DNA of 64,000 bases from Candidatus Aminicenantales bacterium (lineage in GTDB: Bacteria; Acidobacteriota; Aminicenantia; Aminicenantales; UBA4085): NCBI GenBank assembly GCA_049515535.1, contig JBEKTZ010000002.1, positions 147,467 through 211,466 on the forward strand. The letters are read 5' to 3'. Position numbers and translations under genes: made by a program. Each line of letters opens with the position of its first letter. Within the stretch, counting starts at the first letter, position 1. The notes beneath the pieces are model-generated. The model had not been told where the DNA came from, did no database searches, and saw only the letters and a program-made list of their open reading frames with translations. Positions 9,718 to 19,155 of the stretch are shown one piece after another.

Positions 9718-9796
9718 ATCGCGGGACTCCAGGCTTTTCCCGCCCGTCCGAGGCGCCGGGCCGTCTCAAAAAGCGTTCCCCTGGAGAGAGAGCCGG

Positions 9797-9825
9797 TTGC
9801 AACGCCGTCCCCAATCGCATATGAT
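9797..9825 (+). promoter_or_regulatory. Sigma70-type promoter for 9868..12210
   Basis: TTGCAA-N17-TATGAT, followed by a GGGAGG RBS. Confidence 0.55.
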
Positions 9826-9867
9826 AAGGCCGTGTTTTTCTCTCATCACAAGGGAGGCAATCCATCC

Positions 9868-12210
9868 ATGGCTAAAAAGCGTTCTCTTCCGACTTTTTGC
9901 GTTATCGCGGCCGGAGTCATCGTCATCTTCGCCTCGGCCGCCGCGTTCGGCCAGGAACCCGTCCATCACAGCCAGTTCTTGACCTATGCGCGCGCGTCGG
10001 CGGATTGGACCTGGCAACATTACGATGAGACCATCGATAAATGGAAAAAAACGTTCGACCCCGGGAACGTTTTCGGCTACCGGGCGCCCGGCGGCCTGCT
10101 CGAAATGGCGGCGATCTATTCCTATTTCTTCGAAAAGGAAAAAAACCCGGAATACGCTCGACGCGCCAAAAAGGTCCTCCTGACCTACGGGGATTTCCGC
10201 TCTATTTTCCCTGACGCGGCCCGAAAGATGCGGTTCGATTACGATGACGGCGTCCCTCCCCTTCCCGACTTTTTCACCGTCATGCGCTATATCAGGACCT
10301 ACGAAACGCTCCATCGGCTTCGACAGCTGACCCCCGAGGAAAACGCCAAGGCCGAAGCGATCATCTCCGAAAGCATGGCCTATATGCTCCGGACTCAGGA
10401 GTGGGGGGCCATGAACAGAGGCCTGCTCCGGGCCGAAAATCTGGCCTGGGCCGTCCGGGCTCTTCCCGGCCACAAAAACATCAAAACCTGGGAGATGCAG
10501 AGGAAGGCGCTCGGAGACGATAACTGGGAACACTGGGAGATCGAGGACGCGACGATCTATAACGGCGTCTGGCTCTATTCGCTTCTCGGCTACTCCGACG
10601 CACTGGGGAAGATGGACGAGCTGTTCCAAACGCCCGAGATGTATTATTACGGCCAGTATTATTTGAACTTGATCTGCCCGGCGGGAATCGTCCCCGATTT
10701 CGGCGACGCTCACTGGGAAGCGAACTGGCCGCATTTTCTGGTCTTTTTCGAGGCGGCCGCCCATCATTATAAAAATCCGAACCTCAAATGGGCCGCGACG
10801 ACCCTTGTCCGAAAATACATCGATTTCAATAATCCGACGAGCGTCGGCCTGGGCTATATGCTTTTGGACTGCGTCCGCTGGGGGACGGATGCGCTCGCGC
10901 CCGTCCAGCCTCAGACGCCGTCAAGGGAAGTCATGGAGGACGTCCAGGGCAAGAAGATCGTGTTTCGCAACGGCTGGGACCCCGGATCGACCTACCTCCT
11001 TCTCAATTACAGGGACGAGGGCGACGGCGGGCTCAATTTTCGCGATTACTTGCGCGATACGATCCCCGTCGAGGAAGAGAAAATGACTCACGGCCACGCC
11101 GACGAAAACAGCATCCCCCTGCTGATGTCCGGAGGTTCGGTCCTCCTCCATGACGGCGGCTACCGCGATTACATGCCCAGCGGCCCGTATGGAAATTACC
11201 GGCAGGACTATTTTCATAACCGGCTCTGCATCCGGCCGGAAAAGATCTGGATGGGGCAAAAAGCGGACGAATGGCGCTACAGCCTCCATGAAAACGTTCC
11301 CGGCCAGGGCATTCTTGATTTTTTGCGCGATGCCGGCTCCTACAGAAAGATCCGGACCCAGAAAGTGGATTTTTTAAGCCTCCCGGACATCGATTACAGC
11401 CGGAGCCGCCTTATCGACGATAATTGGGGATATACCTGGGATAGAATCGTCGCCTATGTCAAAGAGGCCGACATTTTCGTCGTCTTCGACGTTTTCAAGT
11501 CGCTCAAAGAAGAATACTTCACCCTGGCCAATCTATGGCACACGCGAAAAATCATCCGCCAGGGCGACCATTGGTACGAGACGGTCTATGACGCCATCGC
11601 CGGATACGGGGGAACACCGGGGACGCCGCTCCCCCAGAACAAGCGCCTGCTCATCGTTTTCCCCTCGACCCACTTTAAGATCGAGGGCGTCGAGGCCCAG
11701 AAGCGCCATTACCAGGATGAGCTGACGATCCATCAGACGACGGGCCAGCACTTCGAACTCCGCGAGACGGTCGGCTTCGTGACCGTTCTTATCCCCCACG
11801 CGGCGAGCGCTGATCCGCAAGCGATCGCGTCCAAAGTCAAGCTCCTTTCCGCCGACCCGGCCCGGGCCGGTCAGGGGGTCCAGATCGAAATCTCGGGCAA
11901 GACATATTTCATAGGGGCCAAGAACGATTTGCGCCAGGACATGAGCCGGGACAACAAACGTCCGAAATACACCTATGACGCCGGAAAAATCCGGTATGGC
12001 GATTTCGAGACGAACGGAGATTTTCTCTTCGCCTCGCTCGACGGCTCCAAGCTCGGCTACACCATCGTCAATCTGACCAAAGCGCTGTTCAAGGACAAGG
12101 TCTTGATCGAGAACAAGCCGTGGCTCTCCGGGTTGGGATTCGACGGCGGCCCGGATTCCCCCGAGCGGGGAAAGCTCCGTTACTGGCGCGACGAGGTTCT
12201 CATCAAATAA
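9868..12210 (+). CDS. Secreted heparinase II/III-like (polysaccharide lyase-fold) protein
   Basis: Signal peptide; helical N-half; VPDFGD; IVFRNGWD...THGHADENSI...GSVLLHDGGY motif of the Hepar_II_III beta-domain. Confidence 0.55.
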   Translation: MAKKRSLPTFCVIAAGVIVIFASAAAFGQEPVHHSQFLTYARASADWTWQHYDETIDKWKKTFDPGNVFGYRAPGGLLEMAAIYSYFFEKEKNPEYARRAKKVLLTYGDFRSIFPDAARKMRFDYDDGVPPLPDFFTVMRYIRTYETLHRLRQLTPEENAKAEAIISESMAYMLRTQEWGAMNRGLLRAENLAWAVRALPGHKNIKTWEMQRKALGDDNWEHWEIEDATIYNGVWLYSLLGYSDALGKMDELFQTPEMYYYGQYYLNLICPAGIVPDFGDAHWEANWPHFLVFFEAAAHHYKNPNLKWAATTLVRKYIDFNNPTSVGLGYMLLDCVRWGTDALAPVQPQTPSREVMEDVQGKKIVFRNGWDPGSTYLLLNYRDEGDGGLNFRDYLRDTIPVEEEKMTHGHADENSIPLLMSGGSVLLHDGGYRDYMPSGPYGNYRQDYFHNRLCIRPEKIWMGQKADEWRYSLHENVPGQGILDFLRDAGSYRKIRTQKVDFLSLPDIDYSRSRLIDDNWGYTWDRIVAYVKEADIFVVFDVFKSLKEEYFTLANLWHTRKIIRQGDHWYETVYDAIAGYGGTPGTPLPQNKRLLIVFPSTHFKIEGVEAQKRHYQDELTIHQTTGQHFELRETVGFVTVLIPHAASADPQAIASKVKLLSADPARAGQGVQIEISGKTYFIGAKNDLRQDMSRDNKRPKYTYDAGKIRYGDFETNGDFLFASLDGSKLGYTIVNLTKALFKDKVLIENKPWLSGLGFDGGPDSPERGKLRYWRDEVLIK

Positions 12211-12261
12211 GCGGAGCCCTCATCAGCCACCGCGCCGGCTATTTCGCCAATTAGCGCCGGC

Positions 12262-14601
12262 CTAGCGGAATGGGTCGTCGTCGACGCGGAACATATAATC
12301 GGGATCGATGGCGGGCTTGTCCCTCCGGTGTTTTTTCATCAGAGCGATTTTCTTTTGAAGCAGTCGGGGAAAATTCTCGCCATAGATGAACGGCGTTTCG
12401 CCGAAATCCGTGACATGCATCCATTCGGCGGTCGTTTCGTGCCAAAGCCGGATGAGGTTCCGCGCGTTGGCGATCTCCCGCCCGATCATAGCGTCTAAGA
12501 GGCTCCGGCAGCGGGCCTTCTTCACGGCGTCGCGCGTTTCTTGAAACTCGTGGACGGCATAAATCCAGACCGCCGTGTTACGCAACGTTTCGTAAAGGCT
12601 CCCGAGGGCCCGGGCCCGCACGCGCTGGTCCTTGAAAACGGCTTCCGCCCTTTCGTCATGAGCGCGATTCGCTTCGCGCATCTTCCTCGTGAAGAGCTCG
12701 ACGGCGGCCTGGAGCGCCTTCAGGGCTTGGGCATCGATCCGCTGATATGCGGAGCGGGCATAATCTTTACTGATGAGCTCGAAAAGGACGTCCCGAGCCA
12801 GGTCCACCTTGTTGGGATTGTGGACGGGGCTGACCATGACGTTTTCATAATAGGCGCGCTCTTCTTCGGGGATTCGGTCGATGTCGGGCACGAGCGGCCG
12901 GACCAGAAGCCTGTTCCAAACCGTGCCGAATCCGGAATACAAAGACATCGGCACGAAATGTCGGATCGCCTTTTCGACCAAACGCCAGCCCGCGACGAGA
13001 TCCGCGGCGAAACGGTCTCCGGCATAGACGCGGGCGATCTTCAGCACCGTCCGATCGATATCCAGGCCGGCGTTCCATTGAAATTCCCGGAAGAGTTCCT
13101 GGTTCACGGCATAGGGAACCTTATCCGGAGGCTGAAGGCCGCCCATATGGGCCATGGTCCTGATCCCCAGTCTTGCGCAGGCTTTGAGCTTCTCATACGT
13201 CAACCAGGGAAAGGGAATCCCCAGGAGAGGCTCGTGGTTGCCGTGGGAGTTGAAGAAATGGTAGTAATAGCTCCGGCTCCCGCGGCTCCATAGTTCGGTC
13301 GCGCTTTTCTTCTCGCTGTCCCATAACTGATTATGGTAGGCCGAACCTAGAACCTGGATGTCCGGATACGAGGGATGCGGATAGTTGTTCTCCCAGCCCG
13401 AGACGAGCAGGGAATTGATTTCGACATCGAGCCGGTCCCGGAGTTCAGGCCAGAGATAGCGGCGCTCACCGTAAAAGGATTCCAGACGAGTGATCACGCG
13501 GAAGCGAGGGTTGACCCTCGCCGCCGCGTCCCGGATTAGCCGGTAAAAATTCGCGATGTTGGCCGCGGCCGCCTTGGCGATCTCCTCGTCGTTTTTCCAT
13601 TCGCGGATCATGTAAGCTCCGCCGTTGCGCCCGACGTAAAGGGACTTTGTGTGCTCGAATCCCGAACCGCTGTCGTTCGACCAGATCGCCATGAATTCGA
13701 GCTCCGGCACTTCATTCATCAAATTCGTCATCAGTTCCGCATAATGCTTCCGGGCGACCGGATGGACGAGAGACAGCGTGAAACGCGGTTTGAAGCTCCG
13801 GAACGGATGGTCCACCCGCGCGCCGCGCAAAGTGGGAAATTTCTGGAAAAGCGTTTCGGGGACGGAGCGCGGCTCGAAACAGAGGAGACCCGGCGTGAGG
13901 CCGTATTTGAGGGCCAGACGGGCGTTTTCCTTGAGACGGGCCAGGTTCGCATCCAGATATTCCTTGGGATAGAGGCCTTGGTAAAGGCGGCTCTCCACGA
14001 ACTGGTCGAGGGCCGGACAGTAGGTATAGAAATCCGGGTAAAACTCCTTGGGCACGCCCTGCTCGTAAGGAAAGGGCGCCGCCAGGGCGTTGACTTCGAT
14101 ATGGGTGAAGCCGAGCCGGGCATATTCGCGGATATAGCGCTCGCGGTCGAAGCCGCGGATGATCCGGGCGTATTGCGTCAAGACCAGGTCGAACGTCGAT
14201 TTCTCGACGGAAAAACTCATTTTCCGGATACGGTGCCGCAGGGAAGATCCTTCCTCATCGAGCAGCTTCTCGACGAGAAACGTGAATCCGGCAAAGAGAA
14301 AACACGGCTGGGAGCTCAACAGGAAGACCGAGCCCGCGTCATCGACGTGAAAATAGACCCATTCTCTGTCGAGCGGAAGCTTGACGCCGGACCGGGACAG
14401 CCGCGCCCGCCAGGATTTGTCGACGAGGGCGATATGGAGTTCCTTTTTTCCGGGCCCGGCCGGCGGGCCGTCGATCTTCCGAATGGACGCCCCGCTTTTG
14501 AGATAAGCCAGGGCCTCCCTCGCGATCGTCACCTCGACCGGATGTCCTTTCGCGGCAATACGGACTTTTCGAATCTCAGCCAAGGTCTGTCGGACGGTCA
14601 T
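12262..14601 (-). CDS. Hypothetical 779-aa protein, possibly glycoside-hydrolase-like
   Basis: GGGAGG RBS before ATG 14601, long ORF with genome-typical codon use, no signal peptide. No family confidently recognised. Confidence 0.7.
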   Translation of the reverse strand: MTVRQTLAEIRKVRIAAKGHPVEVTIAREALAYLKSGASIRKIDGPPAGPGKKELHIALVDKSWRARLSRSGVKLPLDREWVYFHVDDAGSVFLLSSQPCFLFAGFTFLVEKLLDEEGSSLRHRIRKMSFSVEKSTFDLVLTQYARIIRGFDRERYIREYARLGFTHIEVNALAAPFPYEQGVPKEFYPDFYTYCPALDQFVESRLYQGLYPKEYLDANLARLKENARLALKYGLTPGLLCFEPRSVPETLFQKFPTLRGARVDHPFRSFKPRFTLSLVHPVARKHYAELMTNLMNEVPELEFMAIWSNDSGSGFEHTKSLYVGRNGGAYMIREWKNDEEIAKAAAANIANFYRLIRDAAARVNPRFRVITRLESFYGERRYLWPELRDRLDVEINSLLVSGWENNYPHPSYPDIQVLGSAYHNQLWDSEKKSATELWSRGSRSYYYHFFNSHGNHEPLLGIPFPWLTYEKLKACARLGIRTMAHMGGLQPPDKVPYAVNQELFREFQWNAGLDIDRTVLKIARVYAGDRFAADLVAGWRLVEKAIRHFVPMSLYSGFGTVWNRLLVRPLVPDIDRIPEEERAYYENVMVSPVHNPNKVDLARDVLFELISKDYARSAYQRIDAQALKALQAAVELFTRKMREANRAHDERAEAVFKDQRVRARALGSLYETLRNTAVWIYAVHEFQETRDAVKKARCRSLLDAMIGREIANARNLIRLWHETTAEWMHVTDFGETPFIYGENFPRLLQKKIALMKKHRRDKPAIDPDYMFRVDDDPFR

Positions 14602-14722
14602 GTGATCCTCCCGTTTTGAAGCGTCATCATTTTCATTCCCGGTCAAACCGCGGCTCGCCCTTTTCGGAGGCCGGCCGATCTCTCAGGTGAACATTCTTCA
14701 TCCCTTTGTCGTCCACGATCGC

Positions 14723-15217
14723 TCAAAAAGAAAGGACGAGAACGCGGTTTCCGCGCCAGGCAAGGAATTTTTGAAGATCGGAATAAGCGATCGTGAGCGT
14801 CGCCGTGTTCACGTTGGGATGAAAATTGATGAGCGTCTCTTTTTGGAGATCGGCGTCGAGGACGACCGTCACCTCTTTCCCATCGTCCTGGAGCAGGCCG
14901 AACGGCGAGACTTCGCCGGGGCTGAGGCCCAGATGGCGCTTGAGGCGCTCGTCGGAGGCGAAACTGAGACGGCTATCATGAAGTTCCCGGGCAATGGCTT
15001 GAATATCGACTTTCTTGAGGTGTTCGGCGATGATGAGGTAATGGCGATTGCCTTTCTTGTTGCGGACGAACAGGTTCTTGCAATGAGCGCCCGCGATTCC
15101 CTTCCAATGGCTGAGCGCCTGTTCGACCGTGAAAACGGGCGGGTGCTCGTGCCGGCTATAGGAAATTCCCAAGCTCGCCAGCGCGTCGTAAACCTTCTGT
15201 TCTCTTTCTAACGTCAT
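14723..15217 (-). CDS. Prolyl-tRNA editing protein, YbaK/ProX superfamily (PrdX/ProXp-ala type)
   Basis: HEHPPVFTVE, CKNLFVRNKKG, RLSFAS, PGEVSPFGL and HPNVNTATL motifs. Confidence 0.88.
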   Translation of the reverse strand: MTLEREQKVYDALASLGISYSRHEHPPVFTVEQALSHWKGIAGAHCKNLFVRNKKGNRHYLIIAEHLKKVDIQAIARELHDSRLSFASDERLKRHLGLSPGEVSPFGLLQDDGKEVTVVLDADLQKETLINFHPNVNTATLTIAYSDLQKFLAWRGNRVLVLSF

Positions 15218-15336
15218 GCGACTCCAGCCATCATCCCAGATTTTTAACCGGCTTACGGATCGAAGTCAAGCCGCTCGATGAACCTATTCACCCGATTTTT
15301 CGTATGAACAGATGGAGACATGGAGGTCACAAAACC

Positions 15337-15528
15337 ATGAAATTTTTGCTGTGGCTCATTCTGCTGGTGATCTGTTGGCCGGTGGCCCTGTTGGCCTTGT
15401 TCCTCTATCCTATCGTTTGGCTGTTATTGCTTCCTTTCCGCCTCATCGGCATCACGGTCGACGCGGTTTTCGATCTGTTCAAAGCCCTCATCAGGCTGCC
15501 GGGGCGGGCGCTCGCTGGACTTCGCTGA
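15337..15528 (+). CDS. Small hydrophobic membrane protein
   Basis: GGAGG RBS; MKFLLWLILLVICWPVALLALFLYPIVWLLLLPFRL. Confidence 0.7.
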   Translation: MKFLLWLILLVICWPVALLALFLYPIVWLLLLPFRLIGITVDAVFDLFKALIRLPGRALAGLR

Positions 15529-16384
15529 GGTAGGAGCATCGCGCCTGGGCCGCAAAATAGGCGATCTTCAACCAACCCCGGCTGGCGATAAAAAGCTGGG
15601 CCAGAAAAAAACCGAGAAAAATACCGCCCCATGACTCTTGGGCGAAACTCCCGGCCATCGCTCGATAAACCAAAAAGACCGCCCATCCGGTCAATCCCAG
15701 TCCATAGTACAAAATCAGGGTCTTCGCGGGACGGCTCAAGACGAACTTGACCGAACCGAGAAGCTCGTGAAAGACCTTCCGGGTGTCCTTCGCGACGATC
15801 CCGATGCGGGCGTAGTCCAGAATCATCTTGACCAAATACGCGAGAAAAAGAGCGATCGCGATCCGTGCCAGCGTCAGATAAAATCCGAGCTGTTCGTGGA
15901 CGGGATTCTTGGTGAGCACTCCTAAAAGATTGTCCACGATGAGGAAGCCGGCCAGCGCGGGCAGCCAGAGCAGAATCGAATAAATCGCTAGGCGGAAGAA
16001 CCGGCCGAAGAACGCGCCGCAGCCGGCGAAGAACGACTTCGCGAGGCTCTCGCCCGCGCTCCGCTGAAATAGGACATGAAGGATTCCTCCATTGAGGAAA
16101 ATCGAGGCCAGCGCGTAAAGAAAAGCCAGGACTACGACCGCCGTTATGATCTCCCCCAGGACTGCGCCCGACGAGGTCAGAAATTCGATGAAGATGTTCA
16201 TATCCATTTTCTTGATCAAGTCCCGTATCAGGAGGCTCGAGCCAAGGACGGATCCGAACACGGCAGAAAACAAGAAATAGGTCAAGACGGCGAAGAGGAA
16301 GTTGACAAGCCAGAGGATCATGACCATTTTCGGCCGGAGCGTCGCTTCCCAAAGCCCTTTGGCATAACAGATGATGATATTCAT
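15491..16384 (-). CDS. Multi-pass membrane protein co-transcribed with the M1 peptidase
   Basis: About 6 hydrophobic segments; starts 14 bp after the M1 stop. Confidence 0.75.
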   Translation of the reverse strand: MNIIICYAKGLWEATLRPKMVMILWLVNFLFAVLTYFLFSAVFGSVLGSSLLIRDLIKKMDMNIFIEFLTSSGAVLGEIITAVVVLAFLYALASIFLNGGILHVLFQRSAGESLAKSFFAGCGAFFGRFFRLAIYSILLWLPALAGFLIVDNLLGVLTKNPVHEQLGFYLTLARIAIALFLAYLVKMILDYARIGIVAKDTRKVFHELLGSVKFVLSRPAKTLILYYGLGLTGWAVFLVYRAMAGSFAQESWGGIFLGFFLAQLFIASRGWLKIAYFAAQARCSYLSEVQRAPAPAA

Positions 16385-16398
16385 GGCGTCACCTTTGC

Positions 16399-18360
16399 TC
16401 AGAAGGAAATCAGGGTGAGAAATCCCTGGAACCATTCCATGAACCCGGCCGCAATCTTCATGACGACCGGCTTTCTGGGCTCCAGCACCCGGGAATTGTT
16501 CGCATAATTCACGTCGAGGGCCAGCTTGTGTCCGGGGTCGACCTCGGCGGACCTGACTTTCACGTCCTTCACATACACGAATCGCTTCCAGCGATCCTTC
16601 CCGTCCCACGTCTCTCGGACCTTTTCGCCGTTATCGAACTCAATCAGGACCTCCTGCGGGAAGACCCATTCACCGAAACGGGCCGCGACGACCACGTTGC
16701 GGAACTTTTTTGGAGCCGTCTTTGCGCCCGCGGCCTTGTCCCGGACGTTCTTGGCGGACTCCGTCTTCCGGCCGTCGAACAAACCTTCGGGTTCGGGAAC
16801 CTCTTCGGCGCGCAAGTCGCTGATCCCGTAATCGAGCTTGTCCGGGCTGTAAAGGACCTGGTCGAAGAACCAGCTGAGGTCCTTACCGCTGACCTCTTCA
16901 GCGACCCGGACGAAATCTTTTGTCGTCGGATGCCGGAATTTCCATCTTTCGAAATACGTCCTCATGATCCCGGCCATGACGTCCTCGCCGAGCCATCTCT
17001 CGAGGGTCAGCAGCATCAAGGCCGCCTTGGAATAGACGTTCAAGGCATAGCTCGAACGGCCTATAAAATCCCAGGATTTTTTCACGATCGGATCGAAACG
17101 TCCCGATCCGATCACGGAGGTCCGGTTAAAGGTCTCATCGCCGATCGCCCAACTTCCAAAGTCGATCATGGAGCGTCCCGCGCCGTAATAGCGATCCATC
17201 GCTTTGATCTCGGAATACGAATTGATGCCCTCGTCCAGCCAGGCTTCCTCGAATTCGTTCGATCCGACCATGCCGTACCAGTAGTTGTGGCCGAACTCAT
17301 GGATCGTGACCATTTCCGGCAGACGCACGCCCAGCGGCAGCCACGACATCGTCTCGGCCGTGAACAGCGTCGGATATTCCATCCCGCCGGCGGCCATGGC
17401 TCCCGGAGCGGGATCGACCAGCGTGATCGTCGGATAGGGATAGGCGCCGTAGCTCTTACTGTAGAATTCGAGGCCGTTGCGCAGCGCCCCCGCGTAGCGG
17501 TCCTTCTGCCGGAGATGAGCGCGGTGAACGAGGAGAATCATCTCGGTCTCGACGCGGGGTTGGTCGAGTTTGTAAGTCTCCTTGAATTCGACGAAATCGG
17601 GACAGGCCGCCCAGGCGAAATCGTGGACGTCCTCTTGATAATGCGTGACCGTCCTCGTCCCGTCGGCGTTCTTCCGCTCGAGGATACGCTTTCCCGTGGC
17701 GCCGACGACGTATTTTTCCGGGACCGTGATCGCGACCTTGTAGACGCCGAAATCGGCATAGAACTCCGACGTGCTGTGATATTGATGGCAATTCCAGGCC
17801 TTGTTCTGAAAGACGCCGATCTTGGGAAACCATTGTCCGATCATGAAGAAATCGCCGACGAACCCCGACCGGGCGAAGACCTTCGGCAGTTTGGATGTGA
17901 ACTCCATGGCCAGCGTGATGCTTTCATGCGGTTTCACGGGGGCCGGAAGGCCGACCCTCAGCACGGTCTGGTCGTCGGGATTCCCGTCGTCCGGCTGAAG
18001 GAAAGACGTCGCGGCCAGGAGATCGGCGCCGTCCTGGATCTGGAATTTATTCAAGGTGATCGAGCCCCAATTTTCTTCGTCCATCTTGAAGCCTCGGTGG
18101 GAGCCTCCGCTCTCCTTCATGAACGTCGACAAATTGTTTTTGAAGGCGTTCAGGTAGAGGTGAAACTGAAGCTCGGAAACCGGGACGTCCGAATCATTGA
18201 GCCAGATCAAAACTTCCCGGCCTTCGACCTTTTTTTCTTCGGGGACGAGGCGGGCCGTAATGTCGTAATTCACGATCGGCTTGCCGGTCGCGGCGAACAA
18301 TCCCGGACTCGAGCTCACGATCATTGCCGCCACGCACAAGATCGGACCGATTTTTTTCAT
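16399..18360 (-). CDS. M1-family metalloaminopeptidase, secreted
   Basis: Signal peptide MKKIGPILCVAA; GGMEYP exopeptidase motif; HEFGH-x18-E (WLDEG). Confidence 0.92.
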   Translation of the reverse strand: MKKIGPILCVAAMIVSSSPGLFAATGKPIVNYDITARLVPEEKKVEGREVLIWLNDSDVPVSELQFHLYLNAFKNNLSTFMKESGGSHRGFKMDEENWGSITLNKFQIQDGADLLAATSFLQPDDGNPDDQTVLRVGLPAPVKPHESITLAMEFTSKLPKVFARSGFVGDFFMIGQWFPKIGVFQNKAWNCHQYHSTSEFYADFGVYKVAITVPEKYVVGATGKRILERKNADGTRTVTHYQEDVHDFAWAACPDFVEFKETYKLDQPRVETEMILLVHRAHLRQKDRYAGALRNGLEFYSKSYGAYPYPTITLVDPAPGAMAAGGMEYPTLFTAETMSWLPLGVRLPEMVTIHEFGHNYWYGMVGSNEFEEAWLDEGINSYSEIKAMDRYYGAGRSMIDFGSWAIGDETFNRTSVIGSGRFDPIVKKSWDFIGRSSYALNVYSKAALMLLTLERWLGEDVMAGIMRTYFERWKFRHPTTKDFVRVAEEVSGKDLSWFFDQVLYSPDKLDYGISDLRAEEVPEPEGLFDGRKTESAKNVRDKAAGAKTAPKKFRNVVVAARFGEWVFPQEVLIEFDNGEKVRETWDGKDRWKRFVYVKDVKVRSAEVDPGHKLALDVNYANNSRVLEPRKPVVMKIAAGFMEWFQGFLTLISF

Positions 18361-18386
18361 GCGTTCTCTCCTGATCATCCGAAACA

Positions 18387-18914
18387 TCAAGCCGTCCAAA
18401 AGGCGCGGCTTTTTATGGTCATAATGATTTTTTTCCCAAACAGGACGAAGACCGGGAGGACGAAGATGACCGCTTCGAGTAAAAGGATCCGGATGTTTCT
18501 CGTCGAAAGCATGACCCTCAGGCTGCCCCGTTGAAGATGCGGAAAAAATCCGAAATTGTAAAGGGCTTTGGACAATGGGAAAAATGGCTTGATGCCGACG
18601 GGCCGGACCGGATCGATCACGATGATATCCAAGAGGATATGGGACAGGCCCACGAGAATCAGGCTCCAGCGGTCTCTGCCGGCAGGAAGCAAAAGAGACA
18701 GAAGGGCCGAGGTCAGGATCACGAAGAAGAGATTGTGCGTATAGGCCTGATGAAGGGAAAGCGTCTTTTCGCGTCCGAGGATGAGATGGAAAAGGAAATC
18801 GATATCGGGCAGGTTGCCGACGAGCAGGAAGAGGCTCAGCGTCTTGACGTTCTTGCGGGTGGCCCCGAGCTGCCAGCCGAGGAGCGCCACCCCGCTGTGG
18901 GCGATCGGGCTCAT
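18387..18914 (-). CDS. Membrane metal-dependent hydrolase (YdjM/YbcI, DUF457-like)
   Basis: AHS, LPDID, HQAYTH and SHILLD motifs. Confidence 0.8.
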   Translation of the reverse strand: MSPIAHSGVALLGWQLGATRKNVKTLSLFLLVGNLPDIDFLFHLILGREKTLSLHQAYTHNLFFVILTSALLSLLLPAGRDRWSLILVGLSHILLDIIVIDPVRPVGIKPFFPLSKALYNFGFFPHLQRGSLRVMLSTRNIRILLLEAVIFVLPVFVLFGKKIIMTIKSRAFWTA

Positions 18915-18931
18915 CGTGAATCGCAGGCCCG

Positions 18932-19002
18932 ATTATACCATACCCTTTTGGCCTTGACGGCCGGGTCAGACCGATACCTCATACCGGGCATTGTACCATA
19001 CC
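18932..19002 (-). promoter_or_regulatory. Two tandem extended -10 elements
   Basis: Minus-strand GGTATGGTATAAT (18944-18932) and GGTATGGTACAAT (19002-18990). Confidence 0.5.
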
Positions 19003-19060
19003 TCTTTAGAATACAAGTCGGCGGCAATTCAATTCTAAACGACAAAATTGCTATGAATGA

Positions 19061-19089
19061 TTGACAGGGCGAGCCGAGGATTCTATAAT
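19061..19089 (+). promoter_or_regulatory. Consensus sigma70 promoter for asnA
   Basis: TTGACA-N17-TATAAT, an exact match. Confidence 0.85.
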
Positions 19090-19155
19090 AGCGCCTTCTC
19101 GTTTGATAAAAGGATTCCTTTTATCACTCTCAAATTTCACAGAAGGAGTCAGAAC

